Source: Candidatus Eiseniibacteriota bacterium (GTDB lineage Bacteria > Eisenbacteria > RBG-16-71-46 > CAIMUX01 > VGJL01). Taken from it: a DNA stretch of 64,000 bases. Position 1 is the first letter of the stretch, and each line of letters starts with the position of its first letter. The translations under genes were made by a program, and so were the position numbers. Below, piece after piece: positions 1 through 9,474 of the stretch. Below the pieces are notes generated by a model. It saw only the letters and a program-made list of their open reading frames with translations, made no database searches and was not told the DNA's origin. The stretch covers positions 64,001 to 128,000 of the forward strand of contig JBHGAY010000009.1 in the NCBI GenBank assembly GCA_041946735.1, written 5' to 3'.

Positions 1-553
1 CCTGAAGCTCGCGCCCGAGCGAGACGATCGCCGCCTTGTTGCACGCGAGCAGCGGGGCCCGCACCTCGATCCCCCTTCCCTCCACCCCCCTGCGGGTCGC
101 GAGCGCCGCGAGCCGGCGGAACGCCTCGAGATACTCGGGACGAGTATCGGGATACCCGGCTCCATCCTCGGCATGGACGCCGATGTAGATCGCGCCGGCT
201 CCGATCGCCTCGGCGCACGAGAGGGCGAGCGCGAGCAGCACCGTGTTGCGCGCGGGGACGTAGGTCGAAGGGATCGCCGAGACGATCTCCTGCTCGCTGC
301 GATCCTTCGGCACCGGGGGGCCGCCGCCGATCAGGCTCGAGCCTCCCCAGGAGGACAGATCCACGTCCAGCACCCGGTGGGAGGCGACGCCAAGAGAGCG
401 CGCGACCGCGCGGGCGCACGACAGCTCCACCGCATGCCGCTGTCCGTAACGGACGGTGAGCGCGTGCACCTCGCCGCACTCGCGCTTCGCGATCGCCAGC
501 GTGACGGCGGAATCCAGCCCCCCGCTCAAGAGGACGATGCCATCGTCGGGCAT
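1..553 (-). CDS. queC: 7-cyano-7-deazaguanine synthase QueC (3' end runs off the window)
   Basis: Manual translation from ATG 553: MPDDGIVLLSGGLDSAV...YGQRH...STYVPARN...GYPDTRPE; starts 2 nt after the queE stop. Confidence 0.95.
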   Translation of the reverse strand, partial: MPDDGIVLLSGGLDSAVTLAIAKRECGEVHALTVRYGQRHAVELSCARAVARSLGVASHRVLDVDLSSWGGSSLIGGGPPVPKDRSEQEIVSAIPSTYVPARNTVLLALALSCAEAIGAGAIYIGVHAEDGAGYPDTRPEYLEAFRRLAALATRRGVEGRGIEVRAPLLACNKAAIVSLGRELQ

Positions 554-555
554 CT

Positions 556-1203
556 TCAGACCCCCCTCGCATCCGCTCCCCAAATGAGCTTGTGGAGCTG
601 CAACTGCAGCCGGACAGGCGCGGCATCCTCCAGGATCCATGCCGCGAGATCGCTCGGGGGGCACGAGCGGGTGACGGGAGAGAAGAGGACGGTGTGCCGC
701 TCGTGAAGCCTTCGCTCCCGCAGGACCTGCAGCGCCCAGACGTAGTCGCGGCGGGAGGCGAGGACGAACTTGACCTCGTCCCGGCCCGGCCTGAGGAGCG
801 GGAGGTTCTCCCAGCGGTTGCGCTCCACCTCGCCGCTGTCCGGGCACTTGACGTCGTAGATCAGGACCGCGCGAGGGTCGATCCCTTCGATCGAGACCGC
901 GCCGCCGGTCTCGACCAGGACCTCGTACCCATCCCCGGAGAGCGCGCGGATCAGGTCGAACGCGGCCGGCTGTGCGAGTGGCTCCCCGCCGGTGATCTCC
1001 ACCAGGCGGACCGGGCGCTTCCGCACCTCGGCGAGAACCTCTTCGACGGTCCACGACGTGCCACCCTGGAACGCGTAGGCGGTGTCGCACCAGACGCAGC
1101 GGAGCGGGCAGCCGGTCAGCCGCACGAAGAGACAGGGGCGGCCGGCATAGGTCGACTCGCCTTGGATGCTGTAGAAGATCTCGGTAATGCGGACTTTCGC
1201 CAC
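556..1203 (-). CDS. queE: 7-carboxy-7-deazaguanine synthase QueE (radical SAM)
   Basis: EIFYSIQGE, CPLRCVWCDT (CxxxCxxC), ITGGEPL, QLHKLIW; likely GTG start at 1203 inside ORF 556..1947. Confidence 0.93.
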   Translation of the reverse strand: MAKVRITEIFYSIQGESTYAGRPCLFVRLTGCPLRCVWCDTAYAFQGGTSWTVEEVLAEVRKRPVRLVEITGGEPLAQPAAFDLIRALSGDGYEVLVETGGAVSIEGIDPRAVLIYDVKCPDSGEVERNRWENLPLLRPGRDEVKFVLASRRDYVWALQVLRERRLHERHTVLFSPVTRSCPPSDLAAWILEDAAPVRLQLQLHKLIWGADARGV

Positions 1204-1256
1204 GGTGCGCCCGGGGTTTTCGGCCTGCTCGCCTCGGCCCGTTCGATCTCTCGACC

Positions 1257-2489
1257 CTACCATCCCCCGGCACCCTCCCATTCGGCGCTGTCCGGCGATT
1301 CCCATCCTTCCCGAAAGCGGAACCGTCTCGGGTGCCCCAGTTGGTCGAGGACCGCCCCGAGATCCTGCATCGGCTCCGCCCCCCCGCAGAGGTACGCATC
1401 CCACCCGGACAGATCCTCGAAGAGCGCCGGCAGCAGATCGGTCAGCCTGCCTCGATACCCCGGCCAACCGGCCGTCTCCGGTCTCGAGAGGCTCGGATGA
1501 TACCGGAACCAAGAGGCGGATGCGTGGAGCGCCCGGAAGTCGGATTCGTAGAGAAGATCCGCTTCGCTGCGCGTCCCGAAGAGCAGAACGGAGCGTGTGG
1601 AGTCCCCGCGATCGGCGCGGTCCAGGATCATCGATCGCAGGGGCGCGACCCCGGTGCCGGTACCCACGAACAGCCGCGGCCGGCCGGTCCCCGGGTGAAC
1701 GCGGAAGCGTCCGAGCGGTCCTCGCAGAAGGAGTATCTCTCCCGCCCGGCATCCTCGCAGCCGCGTCGTGAAGGGATCGCCGTCGGTCAGGCGCAGGCAG
1801 AGGGTGATCGCATGACGGGACCGCGGGGGCGAGGCGATCGAAAGATGGCGGCGCAAATCCCCCGCCTCGGGAATCTCGACCTCGACGTGCTGCCCCGCCT
1901 CGAATCGGAGTCCTTCCGGGCGGACCGGCTCGAGGACCACCTGCCACGCGGCGCGGGCGACTCTCTCGCCTCGCAGGATCCTCGCCGGGATCGGAGGGAA
2001 AGTGGCGGGGCCTGGCGGGGCTGCGGGCGCCGCGGTATCCGAGGCAGGGGCAGGGGATGTCACCGGCAGCCAGCCTCCCCTATGCAGGGCATCGAGGACG
2101 GGGAGGCTCGCGTCGGGCAGCGGGTACCCCTTCAGCTCATCCGGGCGAACCCAGCGCCACCGCTGGCATCCGATCGCTCTCGGCTCGCCGGAGAGGCGCC
2201 GGGCGACGAAGAACCAGAGGTCGACCTTTCGATCCGCATAATCGTACGGTCGTTCGAGAAGCAGCCCGAGAACCTCGATCTCGATCCCGAGCTCCTCGCG
2301 GACCTCACGCACCGCGCACTCCTCGGGCTTTTCTCCCGGGTGGATCTTTCCCCCCGGAAACTCCCAGAGATCGGGAAGATGCACGTGAGGAAATCTGTGC
2401 GCGATAAGGAGATTGCCGTCTTCGACGATCACGGCGACCGCCGCCTTGACACGCCCTTCCGCAGATCCGGCTCCGTTCGTCCGGGACAG
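1257..2489 (-). CDS. MutT/NudG-like NUDIX hydrolase fused to a ferredoxin-NADP reductase-like FAD/NAD(P)-binding oxidoreductase
   Basis: Nudix box GGKIHPGEKPEECAVREVREELG; FNR motifs RHLSIAS, GPLGRF, GTGTGVAP, LLFGTR, YLCG; start is either GTG 2432 or CTG 2489. Confidence 0.85.
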   Translation of the reverse strand: MSRTNGAGSAEGRVKAAVAVIVEDGNLLIAHRFPHVHLPDLWEFPGGKIHPGEKPEECAVREVREELGIEIEVLGLLLERPYDYADRKVDLWFFVARRLSGEPRAIGCQRWRWVRPDELKGYPLPDASLPVLDALHRGGWLPVTSPAPASDTAAPAAPPGPATFPPIPARILRGERVARAAWQVVLEPVRPEGLRFEAGQHVEVEIPEAGDLRRHLSIASPPRSRHAITLCLRLTDGDPFTTRLRGCRAGEILLLRGPLGRFRVHPGTGRPRLFVGTGTGVAPLRSMILDRADRGDSTRSVLLFGTRSEADLLYESDFRALHASASWFRYHPSLSRPETAGWPGYRGRLTDLLPALFEDLSGWDAYLCGGAEPMQDLGAVLDQLGHPRRFRFREGWESPDSAEWEGAGGW

Positions 2490-2764
2490 AGGCCCTCCCT
2501 TCCTTGGTCTTGGTCAATTCGTTGGCGCGTGCTGCCGCCGTGTGCTGCGGCCGCTCTATCACTCCCTCGCCCGCCCGCCTCACGCTCGATGGCCCGCTCC
2601 ACCTGGCGACCTTGCGCCCGCCGCCCGGGCCGGGATGCTGCTACCTTGTGAGGAGTATGACCGGCTGGCCGGCGGCCGCGCCTGCTTGCTTCCGACCCCC
2701 GTTCGAGCGCGGGCTTCCGGTCGAATCCGCCGCAGTTGCCAAGCTCCGGGCAGGCGCCTAAACT

Positions 2765-2789
2765 GGAACATTTGCCGGAAGTCCGGGTT
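2765..2789 (+). promoter_or_regulatory. Candidate ECF-sigma promoter for degP
   Basis: GGAAC-N17-GTT about 70 nt upstream of the degP ATG. Confidence 0.4.
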
Positions 2790-2861
2790 CTCCACACGAG
2801 CGGGTTGGTGCTACACCACTCACAGCATCCCCGGATCGATGGAAGGAGGCAACAGGACAGC

Positions 2862-4394
2862 ATGAAGCGATGGATCTCGCTATTGGTCCTATCCCTCGTG
2901 ATCGGCATCGGCCTCGCGTGGATCGCACGTCCACTCGAGGTCCAGTTCCGTTGGGGTGATCGTCCGGATCAGTCGGCGACGCTCGCAGTTCGCGAATCGA
3001 CCGCACAGGCCGAATGGTCTCCCGAGGAACGGAACGCGATCGCAGGGGCAGAGACGATGAGCAAGGCATTCGCGGCGATCGCCCGGGAGGTTTCCCCTTC
3101 GGTCGTCACGATCCATAGCGAACGGGTCGTCACCGCCAACCGTCCGGGCGGCAACAACCCGTTCGGCGGAATGTTCCCCGACGACTTCTTCGGACGATTC
3201 TTCCAGATGCCCGACCGCATCCCACAGCGAGGGATGGGCTCGGGCGTCATCGTCTCCTCGAACGGTCGCGTCCTCACGAACAACCACGTCGTGGCGAACG
3301 CCGACCGGGTACGTGTGACTCTCTCCGACGGAAGGACGTTCGACGCCAAGGTGCTCGGGCGCGACGAGAAGAGCGACCTCGCGGTCGTGCAGATCGACGC
3401 CGACAACCTCCCCGCCGCCCACCTCGGCGATTCCGATCGGCTCGAGGTCGGCGAATGGGTGCTGGCGATCGGCAATCCGTTCGAGCTGACCCAGACGGTC
3501 ACCGCGGGGATCGTGAGCGCCAAGGGGAGAAGCTCGGTAGGGCTCGCCGACTACGAGGACTTCATCCAGACCGACGCGGCGATCAACCCGGGCAACTCCG
3601 GCGGAGCGCTCGTCAACCTCGAGGGCGACGTCGTCGGGATCAATACCGCGATCGCCACGCGGACCGGAGGCTATCAGGGGGTCGGCTTCGCGATCCCGAT
3701 GAACATGGCGAGCAAGATCATGGACAGCCTCGTGCGAACCGGGAAAGTGGTCCGCGGCTACATCGGCGTGACGATCCAGGACGTCGATGCGGCGATCGCC
3801 GACAACTACGGGCTCGACCATCCCTACGGGGCGCTCGTCAACAGCGTGAGCAACGGAGGCCCGGCAGCGGAGGCAGGGCTGAAGGCCGGCGACCTGATCA
3901 CCGAGCTGAACGGCCAGCAACTGAAGAACCGGGACGACCTGCGACTGAAGATCGGGGAAATGGAGCCCGGGACGCGGGTGGAGATGAAGGCGATCCGCGA
4001 CGGATCGACCAAGACGTTCCAGCTGCGGCTCGCCGAGTTCCAGGATACGAACGAGATGTCGGAGAATTCGGACGATTCGTCGGGAGATAATCAGGGCTCG
4101 GCGCTCGACAAGTTCGGATTCGGGGTGCAGCCGCTCGACCGGGCGACGCGCCAGCGGTTCGAGATCGGCGGTGACGTCGGAGGCGTTCTGGTCACCGAGG
4201 TGGAGCCGGGAAGCGCCGCTTTCGATGCAGGTCTTCGTACCGGCGACGTGATCCAGGAAGCGGCTCGCGAGCCGGTGTCGAGCGTGAACGATCTGCGGGA
4301 TCAGCTTCGCAAGGTGGATCCCGGCCACACGATCCTTTTGAAGGTGTATCGAGGCCAGGCGAGCTTCTTCGTCGCGCTTCGAATGCCGCGGTAG
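2862..4394 (+). CDS. degP: DegP/DegQ (Do family) serine protease with two PDZ domains
   Basis: N-terminal hydrophobic segment, GSGVI, TNNHVV, IQTDAAINPGNSGG, two PDZ-like repeats. Confidence 0.92.
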   Translation: MKRWISLLVLSLVIGIGLAWIARPLEVQFRWGDRPDQSATLAVRESTAQAEWSPEERNAIAGAETMSKAFAAIAREVSPSVVTIHSERVVTANRPGGNNPFGGMFPDDFFGRFFQMPDRIPQRGMGSGVIVSSNGRVLTNNHVVANADRVRVTLSDGRTFDAKVLGRDEKSDLAVVQIDADNLPAAHLGDSDRLEVGEWVLAIGNPFELTQTVTAGIVSAKGRSSVGLADYEDFIQTDAAINPGNSGGALVNLEGDVVGINTAIATRTGGYQGVGFAIPMNMASKIMDSLVRTGKVVRGYIGVTIQDVDAAIADNYGLDHPYGALVNSVSNGGPAAEAGLKAGDLITELNGQQLKNRDDLRLKIGEMEPGTRVEMKAIRDGSTKTFQLRLAEFQDTNEMSENSDDSSGDNQGSALDKFGFGVQPLDRATRQRFEIGGDVGGVLVTEVEPGSAAFDAGLRTGDVIQEAAREPVSSVNDLRDQLRKVDPGHTILLKVYRGQASFFVALRMPR

Positions 4395-4414
4395 TTGAAG
4401 AGGAGAACGACGCG

Positions 4415-4681
4415 ATGAGCGACGAGTCGAGGGCGTCTCGCCCAGGGCGCAAGCTGCCCGAGGGGATCCGTTCGAAGTACGAGATGGTCGTGGCCGCCGC
4501 GAAGGAGGCGGAGCGGTTGAACGACCTCTACCGCCACCGGGGCGACAGCGTGAACGAGAAGGTCACGATGATCGCGCTGCGGCGGATCGAGAAGGGGCTC
4601 TCGAAGGTCGTCTATGAGGAGCCGGAGAAGGGGACCGAGGATCGCGACCGCAAGGAGACCACCTTCTTCTTCACCTCCTGA
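4415..4681 (+). CDS. rpoZ: RNA polymerase omega subunit-like protein
   Basis: SKYEMVVAAAKEAERL...KVTMIALRRIEKG fits the omega pattern; 88 aa; GAGGAG Shine-Dalgarno upstream. Confidence 0.7.
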   Translation: MSDESRASRPGRKLPEGIRSKYEMVVAAAKEAERLNDLYRHRGDSVNEKVTMIALRRIEKGLSKVVYEEPEKGTEDRDRKETTFFFTS

Positions 4682-4719
4682 TCCTCGTCCTTCGCGCACG
4701 CGAAGACGCCGGAGAACCA

Positions 4720-4760
4720 AAGCCGCCGGAGGGCGCAGCAGCCGCGCCCTCCGGCGGCTT
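4720..4760. terminator. Perfect 17-bp hairpin between convergent genes (likely bidirectional terminator)
   Basis: AAGCCGCCGGAGGGCGC-N7-GCGCCCTCCGGCGGCTT. Confidence 0.75.
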
Positions 4761-4793
4761 CGTTGCGCGTCGTCGATGGAGGCGCGGTGCGTC

Positions 4794-5483
4794 TCACAGT
4801 CCCCCTTTCATCTGGATCAGCGAGCCGTTGACCCCGGCCGATCGGTCGGAGCAGAGGAAGGCGACCGCGCGAGCGAGCTCTTCGACGGGGACCCAGGCGG
4901 AACGGTCGGCGTGCGGCATGGCGGCGCGATTCCCCGGCGTATCGAGAATGCCGGGAACGATGCAGTTCGCGCGGACGCCCGACACGCGCCCCTCCTCGGC
5001 GAGGCAGCGCGTGAAGGCGACGACTGCCGCTTTCGCGACCGCGTAGCCGGAGGAGAGAGCTCCTCCGGAGAGCGCCGCGAGCGCGCCGAAGGTCACGATC
5101 GATCCGGCGCCGCGCCGCTTCATGCGCGCGTAGGCGAGGGAGCCGGTCACGCGGAGCGTCTCCCAGTTGGCGGAAAAGACGCCGGACCACGACGCCTCGC
5201 TCGCCTCCTCGATTGCTTCGCCGCCCAGGTAGCCACCGGCGAGATGCACGTAGGCGTGGAGAGGAAATGAGTCGTCGATCTCCGCGATCCGCTGGGAAGC
5301 GGCCGCGCGATCGGTCGCGTCGAGCGCGAAGCCGTGCGCTTGCGGGATCTCGTCTACGAGGGCCTCGATCGCCGGCTGGCGCCGGCCGGTGAAGAACACC
5401 TCGTAGCCTTCGAGCACGAGCGAGCGAACGACCTCACGTCCGGCCCCGCCCGTTGCGCCGATCACGAGCGCGGAGCGCTTCAT
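4794..5483 (-). CDS. SDR family oxidoreductase
   Basis: GATGGAG Rossmann motif, YAVAK (YxxxK), NCIVPG; ATG 5483 overlaps the upstream stop. Confidence 0.88.
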   Translation of the reverse strand: MKRSALVIGATGGAGREVVRSLVLEGYEVFFTGRRQPAIEALVDEIPQAHGFALDATDRAAASQRIAEIDDSFPLHAYVHLAGGYLGGEAIEEASEASWSGVFSANWETLRVTGSLAYARMKRRGAGSIVTFGALAALSGGALSSGYAVAKAAVVAFTRCLAEEGRVSGVRANCIVPGILDTPGNRAAMPHADRSAWVPVEELARAVAFLCSDRSAGVNGSLIQMKGGL

Positions 5484-6019
5484 GAGCCGCCTCCCTTCGG
5501 GCGCTCCTCGTCGAATCCTTCCTGAAGGATCCCGAGAGCGGCCACCCAACGCCGTGCCTCTTCACCCGGCCATCGGGCCTCGGCGAGGGCGAGCTCCCAC
5601 GCGCGAAGCGTCGCGGCTGGATGGGCGGCCGCCGATTCGGAGAGAACCGCCTCGGCCCACGCCCGCGCCTCGGGCCGAGCGCGCATCCATTCGCGGATCG
5701 CCGTGCGCGCCGCTTCGGCCCATACCACGGCGCTGCGGTCCCCGGCGTCGATCCTGCGCATCCAGGGGCGGGCGCGCCGGCAGAGGTAGGCTTCCAGAGC
5801 GGGGGCCTGGGCGACGTCGACGCCGTCTTCGGCCAGGGCGGGGGTCACCTGAGGATCGTTCACGTCGAGGTCGAAGAACAGGTACTGCAAGGCAAGGAGC
5901 GCATCGCCCGTCCCGCGAAGCACGACGCGGAGGGCGCAGAGAGCGAGGCCGATCGGGAGCCACTCCCGATCGGCCGCAGGATCGCTCGACGGCGAGACGT
6001 TCGAAGGCGAGCCGCTCAC
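5480..6019 (-). CDS. Hypothetical protein
   Basis: 179-aa ORF filling the gap in an operon, stop overlapping the next start. Confidence 0.6.
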   Translation of the reverse strand: MSGSPSNVSPSSDPAADREWLPIGLALCALRVVLRGTGDALLALQYLFFDLDVNDPQVTPALAEDGVDVAQAPALEAYLCRRARPWMRRIDAGDRSAVVWAEAARTAIREWMRARPEARAWAEAVLSESAAAHPAATLRAWELALAEARWPGEEARRWVAALGILQEGFDEERPKGGGS

Positions 6020-6029
6020 CGTCCCGGGC

Positions 6030-6806
6030 TCACTGGACGTCGAACGCGGTCAGCACGCTCGTCGTCGTCGAGACGTCCTCCGCCTGGCCCGTCATCTGCA
6101 CGCGCAGCTCCGTCTCGTCCTTCACGATCCCGACTCCATCCTTGACGTAGAGCGTCTGGGTGGTCGTGCTCGAGGAAGTGCCGGTGAGCGGCGGCAGGAA
6201 GGTCAAGGTCATCGTCTGGATCAGCTGCCCCTTGTACACGTCGTCGTAGTTGCCCGCCGGCACCTGGACGTTGTCGATACGTCCGAGGCTCTTGCCGCTG
6301 TAGTGAATCTCGACCGAGAAGCCGTCGGAGGGGAACTGCTCGGAGTAATCCAGGATCGTCCAGGTCGATCCGCTGTTCGCCGCGAAGTCGGCCGCTTCCC
6401 AGGGCAGACTGTTCGCGATCGCCTCGCCCATCGACGAGGGAAGCTCCGAGACGTCGACATTCAGATGGAGTAGAAGCTGTTGCGCGCTCTGGCGGACGAA
6501 GGACGTGTCCGGATCGCCGCCGGCGTCGTCGCTCGCTTCCAGCGCATAGTAGGGCTGCCCGTCGATCGTGGCGGTGCCGATGATCGTGTCGGTGCGGTTG
6601 TAGGCCGGCGCGCTCTTGCCGGTGCCCGTTTCGGTGACGCTGTAGGTCCACCCGTTTCCGACCTTCAGCGGGAAGGTGATGCTGCCGCCTCCATTGCCGT
6701 CGCCGTCGGGATTCGTCCCGTTGTCGTCGTCGCCGCATGCGAGTGTGAAGACAATCGCAAGCGCAAGCAGCCAGGGGGCGCGTCGCATCCAGTGCTGGAT
6801 CCTCAT
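6030..6806 (-). CDS. Putative lipoprotein (beta-rich, PLKVGNGWTY-type domain)
   Basis: Signal peptide ending TLAC-GDDD; ...YVKDGVGIVK C-terminal motif. Confidence 0.75.
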   Translation of the reverse strand: MRIQHWMRRAPWLLALAIVFTLACGDDDNGTNPDGDGNGGGSITFPLKVGNGWTYSVTETGTGKSAPAYNRTDTIIGTATIDGQPYYALEASDDAGGDPDTSFVRQSAQQLLLHLNVDVSELPSSMGEAIANSLPWEAADFAANSGSTWTILDYSEQFPSDGFSVEIHYSGKSLGRIDNVQVPAGNYDDVYKGQLIQTMTLTFLPPLTGTSSSTTTQTLYVKDGVGIVKDETELRVQMTGQAEDVSTTTSVLTAFDVQ

Positions 6807-7492
6807 CTCGTTCCTCCATCTTCCTGGGATCGTTCCGGTCTTTCGCTTGTGTTTTTGCTTTTGCTCTTGCCGAGCAGGACGCGAAGCGGCGCCCCGTCAG
6901 ACGTCTGCAGCTTGATGGGCAAGGACCACATAGTGTATCGGGACGCCTTCACTGCCGCCAGATGAAGATTCTCGACGATCAGGGTGCCGGCGCGCAGAAG
7001 GATCCGATGGGCATCCAGTCGTTCGCCGGGGGGATCGATCGAGAGCGCGTCGGTGCCGACCAACGCCGCTCGCCCGGCAAGCCAGGCGGCCGCGTCCGCG
7101 TCCAAGCCCGACCAGACCGACGACCCGCGCGGGTCCGTCCGGAGAAGAAGCCTCGAGGGCGGGCGACGCGCGCCGCCGAGGGCGTGGCGGAGAAGGTCCA
7201 GCGGGATCGCCTTGCCGCAAAGGCCCGGAAGATGGATCACGACGGCCGGCCCGTTCAGCGCGCCCAGGATCTCGCGGTCGGTAGGCCGGCGGCCGGCGGG
7301 CAGGACGTGGCGCGGGAGGTCGAGGTGCGTCCCGGTGTGCGTCGTGAGGGACAGGTAGACGATCTGCGTGCCGTCGCGCCTCTCGGTCGCGAGCACGGGC
7401 GGCGGGTCTCCCGGGTAGATGGGAAGCCCGGGGCCGATCGGACGCGTGACGTCGATCCAACCGGCGGCCTGCGAGGAGCGTCGCATCGGCAT
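6803..7492 (-). CDS. Cyclase family metal-dependent hydrolase (KynB/arylformamidase-like)
   Basis: YPGDP, HTGTHLDLPRH (HxGTHxDxPxH), GTDALSID, IVENL, DGAPLR; ATG overlaps the upstream stop (TGATG). Confidence 0.85.
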   Translation of the reverse strand: MPMRRSSQAAGWIDVTRPIGPGLPIYPGDPPPVLATERRDGTQIVYLSLTTHTGTHLDLPRHVLPAGRRPTDREILGALNGPAVVIHLPGLCGKAIPLDLLRHALGGARRPPSRLLLRTDPRGSSVWSGLDADAAAWLAGRAALVGTDALSIDPPGERLDAHRILLRAGTLIVENLHLAAVKASRYTMWSLPIKLQTSDGAPLRVLLGKSKSKNTSERPERSQEDGGTR

Positions 7493-9474
7493 CAAGGCAC
7501 CTCCGGCGAGGGGATCGGGATCGCATCGAAGCGCGCGAGCGCCGAGCGCCAGCGCTCCGCTTCGTCCTTGCGGCCGAACTCCTCGAGAAAAGCGATCCGG
7601 GAGCGGGCCAGGCTTTCGGGAATGCGCCAGGCCCGCGCACGGACCGGTTCGCGAACGAAGCGGGCCTGCAGGGCCCAGATCCCGGCATCGAGCGGATCGA
7701 CGGGCGGCGCGGCCTGCGCCGAGGGGAGCAGGCGGACCGCCATCGCCTCCGGAATCCCCCACCATCCCTCGTAGAAGCTCGGCTCGACCTCGGGAGTCTG
7801 ATAGATCGGCCGCTCGGACCGGTGCGCGGAGGAGATCCCGGCGATCACGGCGCGGTAGCGCTCCTCGATTTTCCGCGGATCGTACGGCTCGCCGGCCTCG
7901 AAGAGGCGAAGCTGCTCGAGAAAGCCCTTCACGCGGCTCTCGATCGGAGCGAGGAGCGAGGGGTCGATCCGCTCGAGCTCCGTGAAGTACCACGATCGGC
8001 GCAGGAGCTCCGGGTCGACGATCGTGACGTCCGGCCGCTTCCCCTCCACCCTCTGCACATAGAGCAGGGGCGAGACGACCATGTCCCAGTGCGACGACAG
8101 AAGGATCGTGCGAGGCGGGAGCTGGTCGAGAAGGCTCTCCGCGTAGAAGCGGACGAAGCGATCCTGGCGGCGGTCGAGAGCCGACCAGCGAAGTCCGAAG
8201 AGCAGGAGGGCGGCTACGGCCGGCAGGAAGACCCAAACCCGGGCGGCCCGGCGCTGCCAGGACGGCTTGCTTTGCCGCGGCGCCGTCCGAGCGGCCGCGC
8301 GAGCGGCGGAGACCGCGGTGTCCGTGAGGACCGCGGAACCCGCGAGGACCGCAGAGGGCGCGGAACCGGGGAGCAGGATCGTGGCGCCGGCTGCCGCGAG
8401 GCACAGGAGGGCGAGGCGCGCGACCATGTAGTAGGGCTCGATGTCGTGGATCGCGTAGCCCGATGCCCATGCGGTCCCGACCAGGAAGGCGAGACCGAAG
8501 CGCGCGAGGCTCGGACGGTCGCGCCGCGCGAGCGCGAAGACGCCGGCCGCCGCGGCGAGCAGCACAGGGATCGACAGCGGCGAGGCGATTTCCGAGACGA
8601 AGCCGGAGAGGTTCGTCCAGAAGTCGGAAGCCGAGGCGAAGAGCCAGACCCGATACTGCGCCCCCCCGACGTGCCGCAACAGCCGCGTCACCGTGACCGG
8701 ATCCCCCCAATCGAGCAGAGGGCGTTGGTGCGAGCGGATCGGCAGGTAGAGATAGAGGGTCAAGGGGAACAGCAGGGCAGCGCCGGCGGCAAGGAACCCT
8801 CCTGTCGAGTCGAGGCCCGCGAAGACGAGGCGGCCGGAGCGCTTGCGACGCGCCGCATCGAGGATTGCGCCGGCGGCGAGGCCCGGAACGAGGAACAGGA
8901 TCGAAAGGTGGTTCGTCAGCGCGAGTCCGAGCATATAGGCGGAGAGCAGGATTCCGCGCCCCCCCGCCCGGATCGCGCGCGAGGCGAGCCAGAGCGTCGC
9001 CGCGGCGAAGGCGGCCTGCAGCGCGTGCACCTCGTTGCCGATCGCCTGCTCCCAGAGGGCCGGGTGTGCGCCCCACAGCCAGGCGGCGCCCAACGCGAGG
9101 ACGGAGGAGGCCCAGGGCGGCGCGTCGGGGCGCGAACGCCGCACGATCTCGCGGACGAGCAGGAAGACGAAGAGCGCCGAAGCCGCCGCGAGGACGGCGC
9201 TCAGCAGGTTCAGGCGCTCGATCGGCGAGTGTCCCGGCAGCAGCAGGACCGCGATCCGCCCGAGTAGCGTGTAGAGCGGATAGCCGGTCGGGTGGGCGAT
9301 CCCCAGGGTTGCGGCAACGGCGGCCAGCTCTCCGGAGTCGATCGACCCGAGATCGGGAGCCAGGGTCGCCGCGTAGACGGCGAGCGGCACAGCGGCGGCC
9401 GCGGCCGCGGCCGCTGCGGCGGCGGTGAAGGCGCGAGGCGCGGCCGGCGCCGTCTCAGTCGATCGGATCCTCAA
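7492..9474 (-). CDS. DUF2723-type polytopic membrane protein (putative GT-C glycosyltransferase)
   Basis: DSGELAAVAATLGIAHPTGYPLY, many TM segments, YLYLPIRS...DWGDP; start uncertain (TTG 9474 chosen). Confidence 0.8.
   Translation of the reverse strand: MRIRSTETAPAAPRAFTAAAAAAAAAAAVPLAVYAATLAPDLGSIDSGELAAVAATLGIAHPTGYPLYTLLGRIAVLLLPGHSPIERLNLLSAVLAAASALFVFLLVREIVRRSRPDAPPWASSVLALGAAWLWGAHPALWEQAIGNEVHALQAAFAAATLWLASRAIRAGGRGILLSAYMLGLALTNHLSILFLVPGLAAGAILDAARRKRSGRLVFAGLDSTGGFLAAGAALLFPLTLYLYLPIRSHQRPLLDWGDPVTVTRLLRHVGGAQYRVWLFASASDFWTNLSGFVSEIASPLSIPVLLAAAAGVFALARRDRPSLARFGLAFLVGTAWASGYAIHDIEPYYMVARLALLCLAAAGATILLPGSAPSAVLAGSAVLTDTAVSAARAAARTAPRQSKPSWQRRAARVWVFLPAVAALLLFGLRWSALDRRQDRFVRFYAESLLDQLPPRTILLSSHWDMVVSPLLYVQRVEGKRPDVTIVDPELLRRSWYFTELERIDPSLLAPIESRVKGFLEQLRLFEAGEPYDPRKIEERYRAVIAGISSAHRSERPIYQTPEVEPSFYEGWWGIPEAMAVRLLPSAQAAPPVDPLDAGIWALQARFVREPVRARAWRIPESLARSRIAFLEEFGRKDEAERWRSALARFDAIPIPSPEVP

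Noticed and set aside
7493..9076. Long N-terminal extension of the cyclase ORF 6803..9076
   Set aside because: Alternate-frame overlap with the DUF2723 gene in high-GC DNA.
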